50,958 nucleotides of DNA, from positions 1 through 50,958 of the forward strand of contig SYAP01000124.1 of NCBI GenBank assembly GCA_005787565.1, read 5' to 3'. A model generated the notes under the pieces. It did not search any database. It was not told the origin of the DNA and saw nothing but the letters and a program-made list of their open reading frames with translations. Positions 1 to 11,024 of this stretch are shown one piece after another. The first letter of the stretch is position 1. The number at the start of each line of letters is the position of its first letter. Both the position numbers and the translations under genes were made by a program. Source of the stretch: Verrucomicrobiaceae bacterium (GTDB lineage: Bacteria > Verrucomicrobiota > Verrucomicrobiia > Verrucomicrobiales > Akkermansiaceae).

Positions 1-2000
<2,000 letters not shown>

Positions 2001-2069
2001 GGGGCGGAAGATGGGAAGGGGTGCGATAAAACGCAAGGCATTCCCTGTATAAATCCGCCTTTGAGGGGA

Positions 2070-2873
2070 TTATTTGTCGGTGGGGAGGGGAGCCGGGACG
2101 ACGCGTGGGCGAGGTTGGCGGACGGGGACCATGCGGCCTTCGAGTGCGTGGTCGAGGCCGCGGCGGAGTGCGCAGACGCGGCGGCGCCATTCGGTGGGGA
2201 TGCCTTCGGCATCGCCGTGTTCGTCGACGTTTCCTTCGAAGACGAGTTTGTCTTCGGGGTCGTGGATGGTGAGTTCGTAGGATTTTCCGTCTTCGCTGCG
2301 GCGGAGGACGGCGCGGCCTTCGTCGTTGGAGAAGGTGGCGGTGCGGTTGGCGAGGTTGATCATTCGGGCTCCGCCGCCGGGCATGATGGCTGCGTCGATG
2401 AGTTCGTTCTGGGGGTGGCGGCGGCCGAGTGGGAGTTCGCCGAGGATGAGTTCGGATTCGACGTGTTTGCCGGCTCGGAAGAGGGAGAGTTTAACGGTTT
2501 CTCCGGGTTTGTGGAGGCGGAGGAGGGTGATGAGTTGGCCTTCGTTGACGAGGAGTTGGTCGCCGAATTTCCAGATGACGTCGAGGGGTTGGATGCCGGA
2601 GGTGGCGGCGGGGCTGTCGGTGTCGATGGATTTGACGACGAATCCGATGCCTTTGGGGAGGGAAGGGAGTTGTGCGGTGGTGGTTTCGTCGGGTTTTGAG
2701 AGGTCGAAGCCGAGCCAGGGGATGCCGGATTTTTGGATGGCTGGAGGGGGTGGGATGGGGCCGGTTTGGGGAAGGATGGTGGGAACAGTGGGCGCGGGGG
2801 CGGGAGGCGCTGGGTCGGCAAGGGCGGCGCAGGCGGAGGCGAGGAGGAAGAGGTTTCTGACGATGGATTTCAT
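2070..2873 (-). CDS. Exported PDZ-domain protein
   Basis: Signal peptide, Pro-rich linker and a PDZ motif (WLGF...GFVVKSIDTDSPAATSGIQPLDVI...PGETVKLSLFR). No protease domain seen. Confidence 0.8.
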   Translation of the reverse strand: MKSIVRNLFLLASACAALADPAPPAPAPTVPTILPQTGPIPPPPAIQKSGIPWLGFDLSKPDETTTAQLPSLPKGIGFVVKSIDTDSPAATSGIQPLDVIWKFGDQLLVNEGQLITLLRLHKPGETVKLSLFRAGKHVESELILGELPLGRRHPQNELIDAAIMPGGGARMINLANRTATFSNDEGRAVLRRSEDGKSYELTIHDPEDKLVFEGNVDEHGDAEGIPTEWRRRVCALRRGLDHALEGRMVPVRQPRPRVVPAPLPTDK

Positions 2874-2882
2874 ATCAGAAGG

Positions 2883-3380
2883 TCAGAAGGAGCTGACGGG
2901 CATGAGGAGGATTTCCTCACGGGGTTCGGTGACGCGGAATTCGATGCCGGTTTCTTCGTCGCGGAGTTGATTTTCGCCGATGGTGCGGATGCGGACGGCT
3001 TGCATGGCGGAGCCGTCGGGATCGGAGAGCCAGCCTTCGTCTGTCATGGATTCGATGCGTTCGGATTCGCTGACGAGGATGAGGCCTTGGGGGGTGGAAG
3101 GGGTATCGGTGGCGGTGTTTTCGCGGGTGGTGGGGCCGGAGCCGGGGAGGAGTGCGAGGAGTGTGGCGATGGAGGCGGCGATGGTTGAGGGGATGAGGAA
3201 GCGGAGCTTCCGTGGGGCTGCGGTTGGGCCGGGGAGGGTGGTGGTTTGTTGGGTGGGGAGGGACTCGTTGAGGTCGGCGAGTTCGTCGAGCGATTGCTCG
3301 ATGGCACGGAGTCCCGAGTCGCTGAAGGCGACGGGCATCAAGCGGGCGAGAGCTGCTTCGATGGGGTCAGGCGCTTGCAT
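2883..3380 (-). CDS. Single-TM protein, probable anti-sigma factor
   Basis: Overlaps the 3' end of the ECF sigma gene and has one hydrophobic segment (FLIPSTIAASIATLLALL). Function inferred from position. Confidence 0.6.
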   Translation of the reverse strand: MQAPDPIEAALARLMPVAFSDSGLRAIEQSLDELADLNESLPTQQTTTLPGPTAAPRKLRFLIPSTIAASIATLLALLPGSGPTTRENTATDTPSTPQGLILVSESERIESMTDEGWLSDPDGSAMQAVRIRTIGENQLRDEETGIEFRVTEPREEILLMPVSSF

Positions 3381-3897
3381 GGCGGGATTGTTTGATGCGG
3401 CGGAGTTCGTGGGAGAGTTGTTCGAGGGCGTAGCGGTAGCGTGAGGCGGCGGTGTTTTGGGAGATGGCGAGGGTTTCGGAGATTTGAGCGAAGGTGAGGC
3501 CGCCCCAGGTTTTCATGACGACGACTTCGCGGAGTTTGGGGCTGAGGTTTTGGACGGCGTCGCGGAGGATGAGTGCTTCTTCGTCTTCTTCGAGGACTGG
3601 GTCGAGCCAGACGTCCTGGAAGTCATTGAGGTAGATGATGGATTCCTCGCGTTTTTTGCGGCGGGATTCGCTGCGGTGGAGGTTGAGGCCGCAGAAGCGG
3701 ATGGTTGAGAAGGCGAGGGGGAGGTCTGGCGGGGTTGCGCCTTTGTCGGCCTGGTAGTTCCAGAGGCGGATGATGGCTTCCTGGACGAGGTCTTCGGCGT
3801 CGTGTTGGCATTGGCTCCATCCGCGAGCGAAGAGGAGGAGGCGCGGGCCGTTTTGGGCGAGCCATTCTTTCCAGACTGTTGCGGGTGATGATGCCAT
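3367..3897 (-). CDS. ECF-type RNA polymerase sigma-70 factor
   Basis: Region 2 DAEDLVQEA; region 4 LSPKLREVVVMK.WGGLTFAQISETLAISQNTAASRYRYA. Confidence 0.93.
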   Translation of the reverse strand: MASSPATVWKEWLAQNGPRLLLFARGWSQCQHDAEDLVQEAIIRLWNYQADKGATPPDLPLAFSTIRFCGLNLHRSESRRKKREESIIYLNDFQDVWLDPVLEEDEEALILRDAVQNLSPKLREVVVMKTWGGLTFAQISETLAISQNTAASRYRYALEQLSHELRRIKQSRHASA

Positions 3898-3987
3898 CCG
3901 AAGGGAAAATGCCCCGGTTCGTGTGATTTGTCTGCAAAATCTTCCGGGCCGGGGCGGAAGGGTTGGGATAGGGGAGGAAATGGGGGA

Positions 3988-4359
3988 TCAGTCGAGGAAT
4001 TTGATTTTGCCGGGCATGCGGAAGGTTCCGCGGGCCATGGCTTCGTGTTGTTCGTCGGTGCAGGCGGAGTTGGTGGGGGCGTCTGCGGGGGCGTCGGATT
4101 TTTCGAGGTAGTGGTTTTCGGTGAGCCATTTTTCGACTTCCTCGCCGCTGATGTCCGCGAGCATGTGGCCGTCGATTTCGACGCATGGGGAGAGGGGTTG
4201 GCCGCTGCGTTGTTCCATTTCCCAGCGGAATGCGGGGTTTTTGATGATGTCCTTTTCCTCGTAGGGGAGGTCGTATTTGCGCATGATGGCGCGGACGCCT
4301 TCGCTCCAGCCGCAGAAGGTTTTGAGGTAGGCGGTGATTTTGGGAGTGGTGGTGCTCAT
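3988..4359 (-). CDS. Glutaredoxin-family protein
   Basis: CGWS monothiol-like motif and SGQPLSPCVEIDG cis-Pro motif. Start MSTTTPK at 4359. Confidence 0.85.
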   Translation of the reverse strand: MSTTTPKITAYLKTFCGWSEGVRAIMRKYDLPYEEKDIIKNPAFRWEMEQRSGQPLSPCVEIDGHMLADISGEEVEKWLTENHYLEKSDAPADAPTNSACTDEQHEAMARGTFRMPGKIKFLD

Positions 4360-4464
4360 GGTTGGCGGGGATGATAGCTTGTGGTGTGGAAGGTGCAAGG
4401 GTGTGGGTGGATGGGTTGTGTGATTTCGTTATTTGCAAATCGGCTGACAGCGATTCAGGTTTGG

Positions 4465-4488
4465 CGCGTAACTTCCGCGTAACTTCCG
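4465..4488 (+). repeat. Perfect 11-bp tandem repeat (CGCGTAACTTC)x2+CG
   Basis: Read directly. Lies in the divergent intergenic region and ends 13 bp before the GH109 ATG. Confidence 0.8.
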
Positions 4489-4501
4489 AATACAGACAGA
4501 C

Positions 4502-5896
4502 ATGAATCCAAACGAATCGATCCCGAATCCGCGCCGCAGCTTTTTGAAAGCCCTTGGCGGTCTCACTGCCGGCCTTGCCTCGCTGCCTGCGCTTGCTGCC
4601 GCCCAAACCGCCCAAGGGGCGGCTCCGCGTCCGAGTGGTGCGAAGTACATGGGTGATTTCGCCGCTCCGAAGCTGGAGAAGGTGAAGATTGCGATCATTG
4701 GTGTGGGGGCTCGCGGGTCCGGTCACATTTCGCAGCTGGCGACGATCGAGGGGACTGAGATTGTGGGGATTTGTGATTTGAATGAAGGCCGTGCGAAGGG
4801 TTCCGAGGCGAACGTGAAGGGCAAGGGGCATTCGCCGAAGGTTTATTCCGGGGATGAGAATGCCTGGAAGAAGATGTTGGAGGAGGTGAAGCCGGATGCG
4901 GTGTTCATCGCGACGCCGTGGGAACTGCACGGACCGCAGGCGGTGGCGGCGATGAAGGCCGGTGCGCATGCTTTTGTTGAGATTCCGATCGCGCTGACGA
5001 TTGAGGAGATGTGGGACATCGTGAACACGTCCGAGGCGACGGGTCGGCACTGCATGCTGATGGAGAACGTCAACTACGGGCGTGAGGAGCTGCTTTATCT
5101 GAACATGGTGAGGCAGGGCGTGATCGGCGAGTTGCTGCACGGTGAGGCGGCTTACATTCATGAGCTGCGCGGGCAGATGAATGGTGGAGACAGCACGGGA
5201 TCGTGGCGGACGCTTCATTATGCGAACCGGAATGGGAATCTCTATCCGTGCCATGGATTGGGACCGGTGGCGCAGTATATGAATCTTGCGCGCGGCGAGG
5301 ACACGTTCCGTCGTTTGGTTTCGTTCTCATCGCCGGCGAAGGGACGCAAGTTGTGGGCTGAGAAGTCCACGAACCTGACGAAGCCGGAGTTCAAGACGCT
5401 GGATTACCAGTGCGGCGACATGAATACTTCGATCATCAAGACGGCGCTCGGGCGGACGGTGATGGTGCAGTGGGATGAGACATCGCCGCGGCCGTATTCG
5501 CGGCACAACCTGATCCAAGGGACGAAGGGGACGCTGAAGGGTTTCCCTAATGGAATGGCGATCGAGGGGATGACGAAGAGTTATCATGACTGGACGAGCA
5601 GTGAGGAGTTCAACGCGATTGCGGAGAAGTATGAGCATCCGTTGTTCAAGCGGATGGGTGAGCTGGCGAAGAAGATGGGCGGACACGGCGGGATGGATTT
5701 CCTGATGTTGTTCCGGATCATCGAGTGCCTGCGGAAGGGCGAGCCGTTGGATCAGAATGTTTACGAGGGTTGCTTCTGGTCCGCAGTGGCGCCGTTGAGC
5801 GAGAAGTCCAACAAGGAGGACGGGATGCCGCAGGATTTCCCGGACTTCACGCGTGGCGGCTGGAAGACGACGAAGCCGCTGGCGGTGGTGGAGTGA
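4502..5896 (+). CDS. Gfo/Idh/MocA-fold glycosidase, GH109 (alpha-N-acetylgalactosaminidase-like), Tat-exported
   Basis: Tat motif RRSFLK, Rossmann GVGARG, MLMENVNY, YPCHGLGP and GGHGGMD, all typical of GH109. Confidence 0.9.
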   Translation: MNPNESIPNPRRSFLKALGGLTAGLASLPALAAAQTAQGAAPRPSGAKYMGDFAAPKLEKVKIAIIGVGARGSGHISQLATIEGTEIVGICDLNEGRAKGSEANVKGKGHSPKVYSGDENAWKKMLEEVKPDAVFIATPWELHGPQAVAAMKAGAHAFVEIPIALTIEEMWDIVNTSEATGRHCMLMENVNYGREELLYLNMVRQGVIGELLHGEAAYIHELRGQMNGGDSTGSWRTLHYANRNGNLYPCHGLGPVAQYMNLARGEDTFRRLVSFSSPAKGRKLWAEKSTNLTKPEFKTLDYQCGDMNTSIIKTALGRTVMVQWDETSPRPYSRHNLIQGTKGTLKGFPNGMAIEGMTKSYHDWTSSEEFNAIAEKYEHPLFKRMGELAKKMGGHGGMDFLMLFRIIECLRKGEPLDQNVYEGCFWSAVAPLSEKSNKEDGMPQDFPDFTRGGWKTTKPLAVVE

Positions 5897-5920
5897 TCTG
5901 CTAGAAAACGTTCGATTTGA

Positions 5921-5960
5921 ATCAGGCGCGGTCCTTTCGGGGGCTGCGCCTGGTTTTTTT
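5921..5960 (+). terminator. Rho-independent terminator between convergent genes
   Basis: Stem CAGGCGCGGTCC/GGGCTGCGCCTG followed by a T7 tract. Confidence 0.85.
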
Positions 5961-5968
5961 GGATGGGA

Positions 5969-7195
5969 TCAGTCGGCTGCATCGACGAAGGTGACTGATC
6001 CGATGCCAATGCCGGCGAGGGCGTCGAGGAGTTTGATGACTTCGGTTTGTGGCGTTTCGTTTTCCGCGTGGAGCTGGATGTTGGGTTTGAGTTTTTGCTG
6101 TTGGAGAGTTTTCAGGCTTTTGATGAAGCCTTCCATGTCGAGTTCCATGCCTTGGGAGAGGATTTTTCCGTCTTTGGAGAGTTTGACCAGGAGGTCGATG
6201 GTGTTGGGATCGTTGTCGGGTTTGGGGAGTGAGAGTTTGAGGTCTTTTTCGCGGGGGCGTATGGTTTGCTCCACGGTTGCCTGAAGTGCTTTGACGACTG
6301 AGTCTGGGAGGTTCCGGCTTTTGCATTTTTCGCAAGAATCACCGGAGCCATCGGGGTGGGTGACGAAGACGACGTTGGAGATGCCTGCTTCGGCGGCGGT
6401 GCGGATGAGGGCGCGGGAGTTTTTGAATATGACGTCCTTTTCTCCGTGGAGTCGGAGATGGGCTTTGGGTTCGATGGCTGCGAAGCGGTGGAGGAGTTGG
6501 GAGAGGGCGTCTCCTTCGAGCGGAAGATCTCCGAGGAAGGTTTTTCCATCGGCGGTGATGCGGAGGAGGATGCCGTGTTTGGGATTCGCGCGAGGGGGCC
6601 TTGGCGGCGGATCAATTTTGACATCTGCTAGAAGGGATCGGTTTGGATCGCGGAGGAAAGAAACGGGGCGTGGCGAGGGGATTTGGGAAAGCTTGAGAAG
6701 CTGGATGAAGGTGGAGAAGGAGGCGTTTTCATCCGGCAGGACGATGAGGCAGGAGCCAGCGGGATTTCCGGCGTGTTTGAGGGCGGCGGTGAGTTGTTCG
6801 ATTTCCTGTCCGGGATCGAGGGAGAAGCTGTTAGGAGTGGCGGTGTTGATGAGTCCGTGGACGCGGGAGTCGGCGATTTCCAGCATGAGGGCTGTGTTGT
6901 CCGGAGATGGGGTGGGGTTGAGGGGAATGGCGGGTGCGTTGTTGAGGCGAATGGATTTCCAGCCGTTTTTGAGGTCCTCGATCCAGGGTGCGGCATCGGC
7001 GATGGTGCCTTGGGTGGTTTTCTGAATTTCGAGCGTGTGGCTGCGGCGTTGGGCGAGCGAGGTGGGGGTGATGAGAGTGCCGTCGGCGAAGGTCCATGAG
7101 GATTCCTGCCAGTGCACGCGGTTTTGGTTAGGCGGCTTCGGTTTGGAGCAGCCTGTTAGGAGAACCATGAGGAGAATGGTGCAGAGGTGTTTCAT
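5969..7195 (-). CDS. Lipoprotein with tandem ExbD/TolR-like periplasmic domains
   Basis: True start MKHLCTILLMVLLTGC (lipobox) at 7195. Repeated ExbD-like units such as LRLHGEKDV...AAEAGISNVVF and IQLHAENET...LAGIGIGSVTF. Confidence 0.7.
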   Translation of the reverse strand: MKHLCTILLMVLLTGCSKPKPPNQNRVHWQESSWTFADGTLITPTSLAQRRSHTLEIQKTTQGTIADAAPWIEDLKNGWKSIRLNNAPAIPLNPTPSPDNTALMLEIADSRVHGLINTATPNSFSLDPGQEIEQLTAALKHAGNPAGSCLIVLPDENASFSTFIQLLKLSQIPSPRPVSFLRDPNRSLLADVKIDPPPRPPRANPKHGILLRITADGKTFLGDLPLEGDALSQLLHRFAAIEPKAHLRLHGEKDVIFKNSRALIRTAAEAGISNVVFVTHPDGSGDSCEKCKSRNLPDSVVKALQATVEQTIRPREKDLKLSLPKPDNDPNTIDLLVKLSKDGKILSQGMELDMEGFIKSLKTLQQQKLKPNIQLHAENETPQTEVIKLLDALAGIGIGSVTFVDAAD

Positions 7196-7199
7196 GGGG

Positions 7200-8216
7200 T
7201 CAGGGGTTTTCGGGGAGTTTGAAGTGTTTGGCTTTGCGGAAGAATTGTTCGAAGTCGCCATCGCATTCGGCGAGGAGGGATTTGAAGGTGGGGATGTGTT
7301 CGTGGTAGGTGAGGGTGGCGACGAGATGGGCGTTGTTGAGATCGCCGTGGATCCATGATTCGAGGCCGCGTCCTCCCCATTGGCGGCGGAGGTCGAGGAA
7401 GCTGGATTTGAGGTCGGCGAAGATGGCGGCTTTGCGGCGGCGTTTTTCGGGATCGGGGATGGAGGACTGATAGAGGGCGTCGAGGCGTTTGCGGGTGGTG
7501 TCGATTTGCTGATAGAACTGCATTCGGCGGACGAGGCGGGCTTCGTAGTTTTTGAGTTCGGTGGTGCGGCCCTGGTGGGCGAGCCAGCGTTTGACGCCTT
7601 CTTCGGCGATGGCGTTGGCCATGGATTCGTTGAACATGGTTTGGCCGCGGCGGAAGAGGCGGCGGTGGGTGAGTTCGTGGAAGAGGAGTTCGGCGAGGTC
7701 GGTATCGGCGTCTCTAACAAAGGTGTTGAGGACGGGATCGTGGAACCAGCCGAGGGTGGAGTAGGCGGTGACGCCGCCACTGTGGACGTCGTATCCTTGT
7801 TCGCGGAGTTGGGTGGCGAGGGCGAGGGTGTCTTCTTTTTTGAAGTAGCCGCGGTAGTCGAGCTCGCCGAGGAGGGGGTAGCGCCAGGTTTTGGGTTTGA
7901 GGGAGAATTCCTCGGCGGCGTGGAGGACCCAGACGACGTGGTCGCGGCCGAGGTCGGCGTAGCGGTCGTAGCTGGAGTGGCCGGGGAGGGCGAGGTGGTC
8001 GGTGGCGAACTGGCGGATGTTTTCGATGGTGCGGAGTTTTTGGCGGAGGGTGGGGTCGGTGTTAGGGTTGGCGATGATGGGTGTGCTGGGTTTGCTTTTG
8101 CGGATGATTTCCATCTGGCCGGAGACGGCCTGGGTGTAGAAGTCGATGGTGGCGCAGGAGGTGGCGGCGAGGGATGCCAGCAGGAGGGTGAGCGCGTGGA
8201 TCATTCGGCAGGGCAT
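7200..8216 (-). CDS. Predicted zinc-dependent aminopeptidase (DUF2265-like) lipoprotein
   Basis: AYSTLGWFHDP, LLFHELTH zinc motif, FNESMA and lipobox ATSC. Start is 8216 or 8204. Confidence 0.85.
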   Translation of the reverse strand: MPCRMIHALTLLLASLAATSCATIDFYTQAVSGQMEIIRKSKPSTPIIANPNTDPTLRQKLRTIENIRQFATDHLALPGHSSYDRYADLGRDHVVWVLHAAEEFSLKPKTWRYPLLGELDYRGYFKKEDTLALATQLREQGYDVHSGGVTAYSTLGWFHDPVLNTFVRDADTDLAELLFHELTHRRLFRRGQTMFNESMANAIAEEGVKRWLAHQGRTTELKNYEARLVRRMQFYQQIDTTRKRLDALYQSSIPDPEKRRRKAAIFADLKSSFLDLRRQWGGRGLESWIHGDLNNAHLVATLTYHEHIPTFKSLLAECDGDFEQFFRKAKHFKLPENP

Positions 8217-8314
8217 GGTGGAGGATGGCTGTGGATGGTGGGTTCGTCGAGGTCCGGATTCTGTCAGCATTTCCCTTTTCAGGTGACGATGTCTGTCACT
8301 AGTCTGGGTGCCGC

Positions 8315-9241
8315 ATGAGTGACGTAGTGATTTTGTTTTCCGGACAAGGGGCCCAGAAAGTGGGCATGGGCAAGGATTGGGTGGAGCATTCCGCGACGGC
8401 GCTGGGGATGGTGAGGCGGGCGGATGATGTGTTGGGGTATGGGCTTTCGGAGGTGATGTTTGAGGGGCCGGAGGATGAGTTGACGCGGACTTCGCGGTGC
8501 CAGCCGGCGTTGTATTTGCATGGGTTGATGGGATTGGCGTTGTTGCGGGAGCGGTTGCCGAATTTGCGGCCGGTGGCGGCGGCGGGGTTGTCGCTGGGGG
8601 AGTTTACGGCGCATGCGGCGGCGGGGACGTTTTCGTTTGAGGACGGGCTGAAGTTGGTTTCGCGGCGGGGGACGTTCATGGAGGAGGCGTGTGAGGCGAC
8701 GACGGGTGCGATGGCGGCGTTGATCGGGGGGGATGAGGCGCAGGTGCGAGCGCTGGCGGAGAGCGCGGGGGTGGATGTGGCGAATTTGAATGCGCCGGGG
8801 CAGATTGTGTTGTCCGGGGCGGTGGCGGGGATCGACGATGCGGTGGCGCGGGCGAAGGATTTCGGGATCCGGCGGGCGATCAAGTTGAACGTGGCGGGGG
8901 CGTATCATTCGCGGTTGATGCAGAGTGCGCAGGATCAGCTGGCGGCGGAGTTGGTGGGGGTTGCGATGGAGACGCCGGGGATTCCGGTGGTGTGTAATTT
9001 CGAGGCGCGTGCGGTTTCGGAGGCGGGGGAGATCCGGTCGATGTTGGAGCGGCAGGTGACGGGATCGGTGCGTTGGATGGAGTCGATCCAGGCGTTGATC
9101 GGGATGGGTCACCGGACGTTTGTGGAGCTTGGGCCTGGGAAGGTGATCGCGGGTTTGGTGGGCAAGATCGACAAGGATGCGACGGTGCATTCGATCGAGG
9201 ATCTGGCGTCTTTGGAGCAGGCGGTGGAGGCACTTTTCTGA
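8315..9241 (+). CDS. fabD: Malonyl-CoA:ACP transacylase
   Basis: FSGQGAQ, catalytic GLSLGE motif, AGAYHS, VELGPGKV. Confidence 0.96.
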   Translation: MSDVVILFSGQGAQKVGMGKDWVEHSATALGMVRRADDVLGYGLSEVMFEGPEDELTRTSRCQPALYLHGLMGLALLRERLPNLRPVAAAGLSLGEFTAHAAAGTFSFEDGLKLVSRRGTFMEEACEATTGAMAALIGGDEAQVRALAESAGVDVANLNAPGQIVLSGAVAGIDDAVARAKDFGIRRAIKLNVAGAYHSRLMQSAQDQLAAELVGVAMETPGIPVVCNFEARAVSEAGEIRSMLERQVTGSVRWMESIQALIGMGHRTFVELGPGKVIAGLVGKIDKDATVHSIEDLASLEQAVEALF

Positions 9242-9259
9242 GGGTGAAAAGGGGTGTGA

Positions 9260-9317
9260 TAAAAATTCGTTTTTCGCGAAAAAAGGTGTTGCGTGGGCGG
9301 GGGCTGGCCCCTAGCGT
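9260..9317 (+). promoter_or_regulatory. Sigma70-type promoter of tRNA-Asp with AT-rich UP element
   Basis: TTGCGT (9289-9294), 17-bp spacer, TAGCGT (9312-9317), with A/T tracts upstream. Confidence 0.6.
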
Positions 9318-9337
9318 CCGCGCCACCCGAACGGGAT

Positions 9338-9414
9338 GGAGCGGTAGCTCAGTTGGTTAGAGCGCCAGCCTGTCACGTTGGAGGACGCGGTTTCGAGCCC
9401 CGTCCGCTCCGCCA
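9338..9414 (+). tRNA. tRNA-Asp (GTC)
   Basis: Cloverleaf with acceptor GGAGCGG/CCGCTCC, anticodon arm CCAGC-CTGTCAC-GTTGG, TTCGAGC loop and encoded CCA. Confidence 0.96.
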
Positions 9415-9430
9415 TCCCATTCGAGAAACG

Positions 9431-9458
9431 ACCCCGCCTGAACAAGGCGGGGTTTTTT
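9431..9458 (+). terminator. Rho-independent terminator after tRNA-Asp
   Basis: ACCCCGCCT-GAACA-AGGCGGGGT followed by a T run. Confidence 0.85.
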
Positions 9459-9496
9459 CGTATTGGAAGGTGGTGTTGGTGTTGCAAGGTGGGGGC

Positions 9497-10315
9497 GTGA
9501 GCGATTCGGGAGATTCAAGAGATCCGGGAGATTTGGAGTTTAGGTTTGGCGGGATAGCGCGGTTGTATGGCCGTGCGGCGTTGGAGCGGTTTTTGGGTGC
9601 GCGGGTGGGGGTGATCGGGATTGGTGGGGTGGGGTCGTGGGCGGTGGAGGCTTTGGCTAGGTCGGGGATCGGGAAGTTGGTGTTGGTGGATTTGGATGAG
9701 ATTTGTGTGACGAATGTGAACCGGCAGTTGCATGCGATGGACGGGCAGATCGGGAGGCAGAAGACGGAGGCGATGGCGGAGCGGGCGCGGGCGATTCATC
9801 CGGGGTGCGAGGTTTCGGTGGTGCAGGGGTTTTTCAATGAGCGGTCGGCGGAGGAGATTCTGGGGATGGGTTTTGACGGGGTGATCGATGCGATTGATTC
9901 GCTGGGGCATAAGGCGCTGTTGACGGCGGAGTGCCGGCGGCGGGGGATTCCGTTGGTGCTGTGTGGGGCGGCTGGGGGGCGGAGGGATGCGACGCGGATC
10001 CGGGTGACGGATTTGGCGCGGAGCGGGAAGGATCCGATGTTGCAGCAGTTGCGGCGGCGGTTGCGGGAGCAGTATGGGTTTCCGAAGACGAAGATGGGGA
10101 CGGATCCGGAGTTGTTAGGGATCGATGCGGTGTATTCGGATGAGAAGGCGCTGTTTCCGCAGTGCGACGGGACGGTATCGACGGAGCGGCCGGAGGGGGC
10201 GGAGCTGAGGTTGAGTTGTGAGTCCGGCTATGGGACGGCGACGCATGTGACGGCGGCGTTCGGGTTGGTGGCGGCGGGGAGGATGCTGGAGAGGTTGGCG
10301 GGGGGAAGATTGTAG
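9497..10315 (+). CDS. tcdA: tRNA threonylcarbamoyladenosine dehydratase (ThiF family)
   Basis: RFGGIARLYG, GIGGVGSW, DLDEICVTNVNRQ, VYSDE, C.SGYGTATHVT. Probable GTG start at 9497, because the ORF-track start overlaps the tRNA. Confidence 0.9.
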   Translation: MSDSGDSRDPGDLEFRFGGIARLYGRAALERFLGARVGVIGIGGVGSWAVEALARSGIGKLVLVDLDEICVTNVNRQLHAMDGQIGRQKTEAMAERARAIHPGCEVSVVQGFFNERSAEEILGMGFDGVIDAIDSLGHKALLTAECRRRGIPLVLCGAAGGRRDATRIRVTDLARSGKDPMLQQLRRRLREQYGFPKTKMGTDPELLGIDAVYSDEKALFPQCDGTVSTERPEGAELRLSCESGYGTATHVTAAFGLVAAGRMLERLAGGRL

Positions 10316-10516
10316 TAGTGAATACGTAGTTTTTCTAGGATTTGGGGTTTCGGGGCGTCCGGCGAGGCATTTACTACTTGGCAAATGGGTTCCGGGATGT
10401 CCGGCGAGAGGGTGTCAAAAATCTTGCCAAAGGGAAGGGTGGAGGATGGACTGCTGATGCTGAATTGGCGAAGATGGCGTTCTTCGATCCGATTTATCGA
10501 GACCCTTCTACCACGT

Positions 10517-10945
10517 ATGAAATCGATCCGTGCGTTGTTTGCCTGCTTTGGAATGTTGATCACGTTGGTCGCTTCGAGTGTGGCGGAGGCTCAGCAGCCG
10601 ACTTTCCGGGAGACGGCGGATTGGATCATCATTTCCGGTTTCCGTGACTTTGGGAAAGGGGCTTTGCCGTGGACTTTTGCGATCAGGAAGGATTCGGTGA
10701 AGTCTGTTACGGTTTGGACGGATCACGGAATGATTCCGTCTACGGATGAATCCAAGCGTTATGAGGCACAGGAGGAGATTCAGAAACTGCCGGCTGTGAT
10801 TCATGTGACGACCGATGAATTGGGGACTTCGGGCGAAAACAAACAGTATGAGATTTGCGGGCTGACCCATGAGACGGCCCCTGCGATGCTTGAGAAGATC
10901 TTGGAGGCTTTGGGTGGGTTGAAATCTGCGGAGGGAGCGGAGTGA
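10517..10945 (+). CDS. Small exported hypothetical protein
   Basis: MKSIRALFACFGMLITLVASSVAEA signal peptide; no recognisable domain. Confidence 0.6.
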   Translation: MKSIRALFACFGMLITLVASSVAEAQQPTFRETADWIIISGFRDFGKGALPWTFAIRKDSVKSVTVWTDHGMIPSTDESKRYEAQEEIQKLPAVIHVTTDELGTSGENKQYEICGLTHETAPAMLEKILEALGGLKSAEGAE

Positions 10946-11000
10946 GGTGGGGTTGTTCTGAGTTGATTTTGGTGAAGAGGTGGGGTGGCGCGTTGACAGC

Positions 11001-11024
11001 CGAAATTCTTACGAATTTCGCTAC
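11001..11024 (-). repeat. GTAG-type REP-like palindrome
   Basis: Minus strand reads GTAG-CGAAATTC-GTAA-GAATTTCG, in the gap between convergent genes. Confidence 0.5.

Noticed and set aside
5900-5916. AGAAAACGTTCG resembling the LacI operator
   Set aside because: Half-site only, at the 3' end of convergent host genes with no promoter to control.
7196-7780. N-terminal extension of the 603-aa ORF
   Set aside because: Overlaps the aminopeptidase in another frame; the lipoprotein signal begins at 7195.
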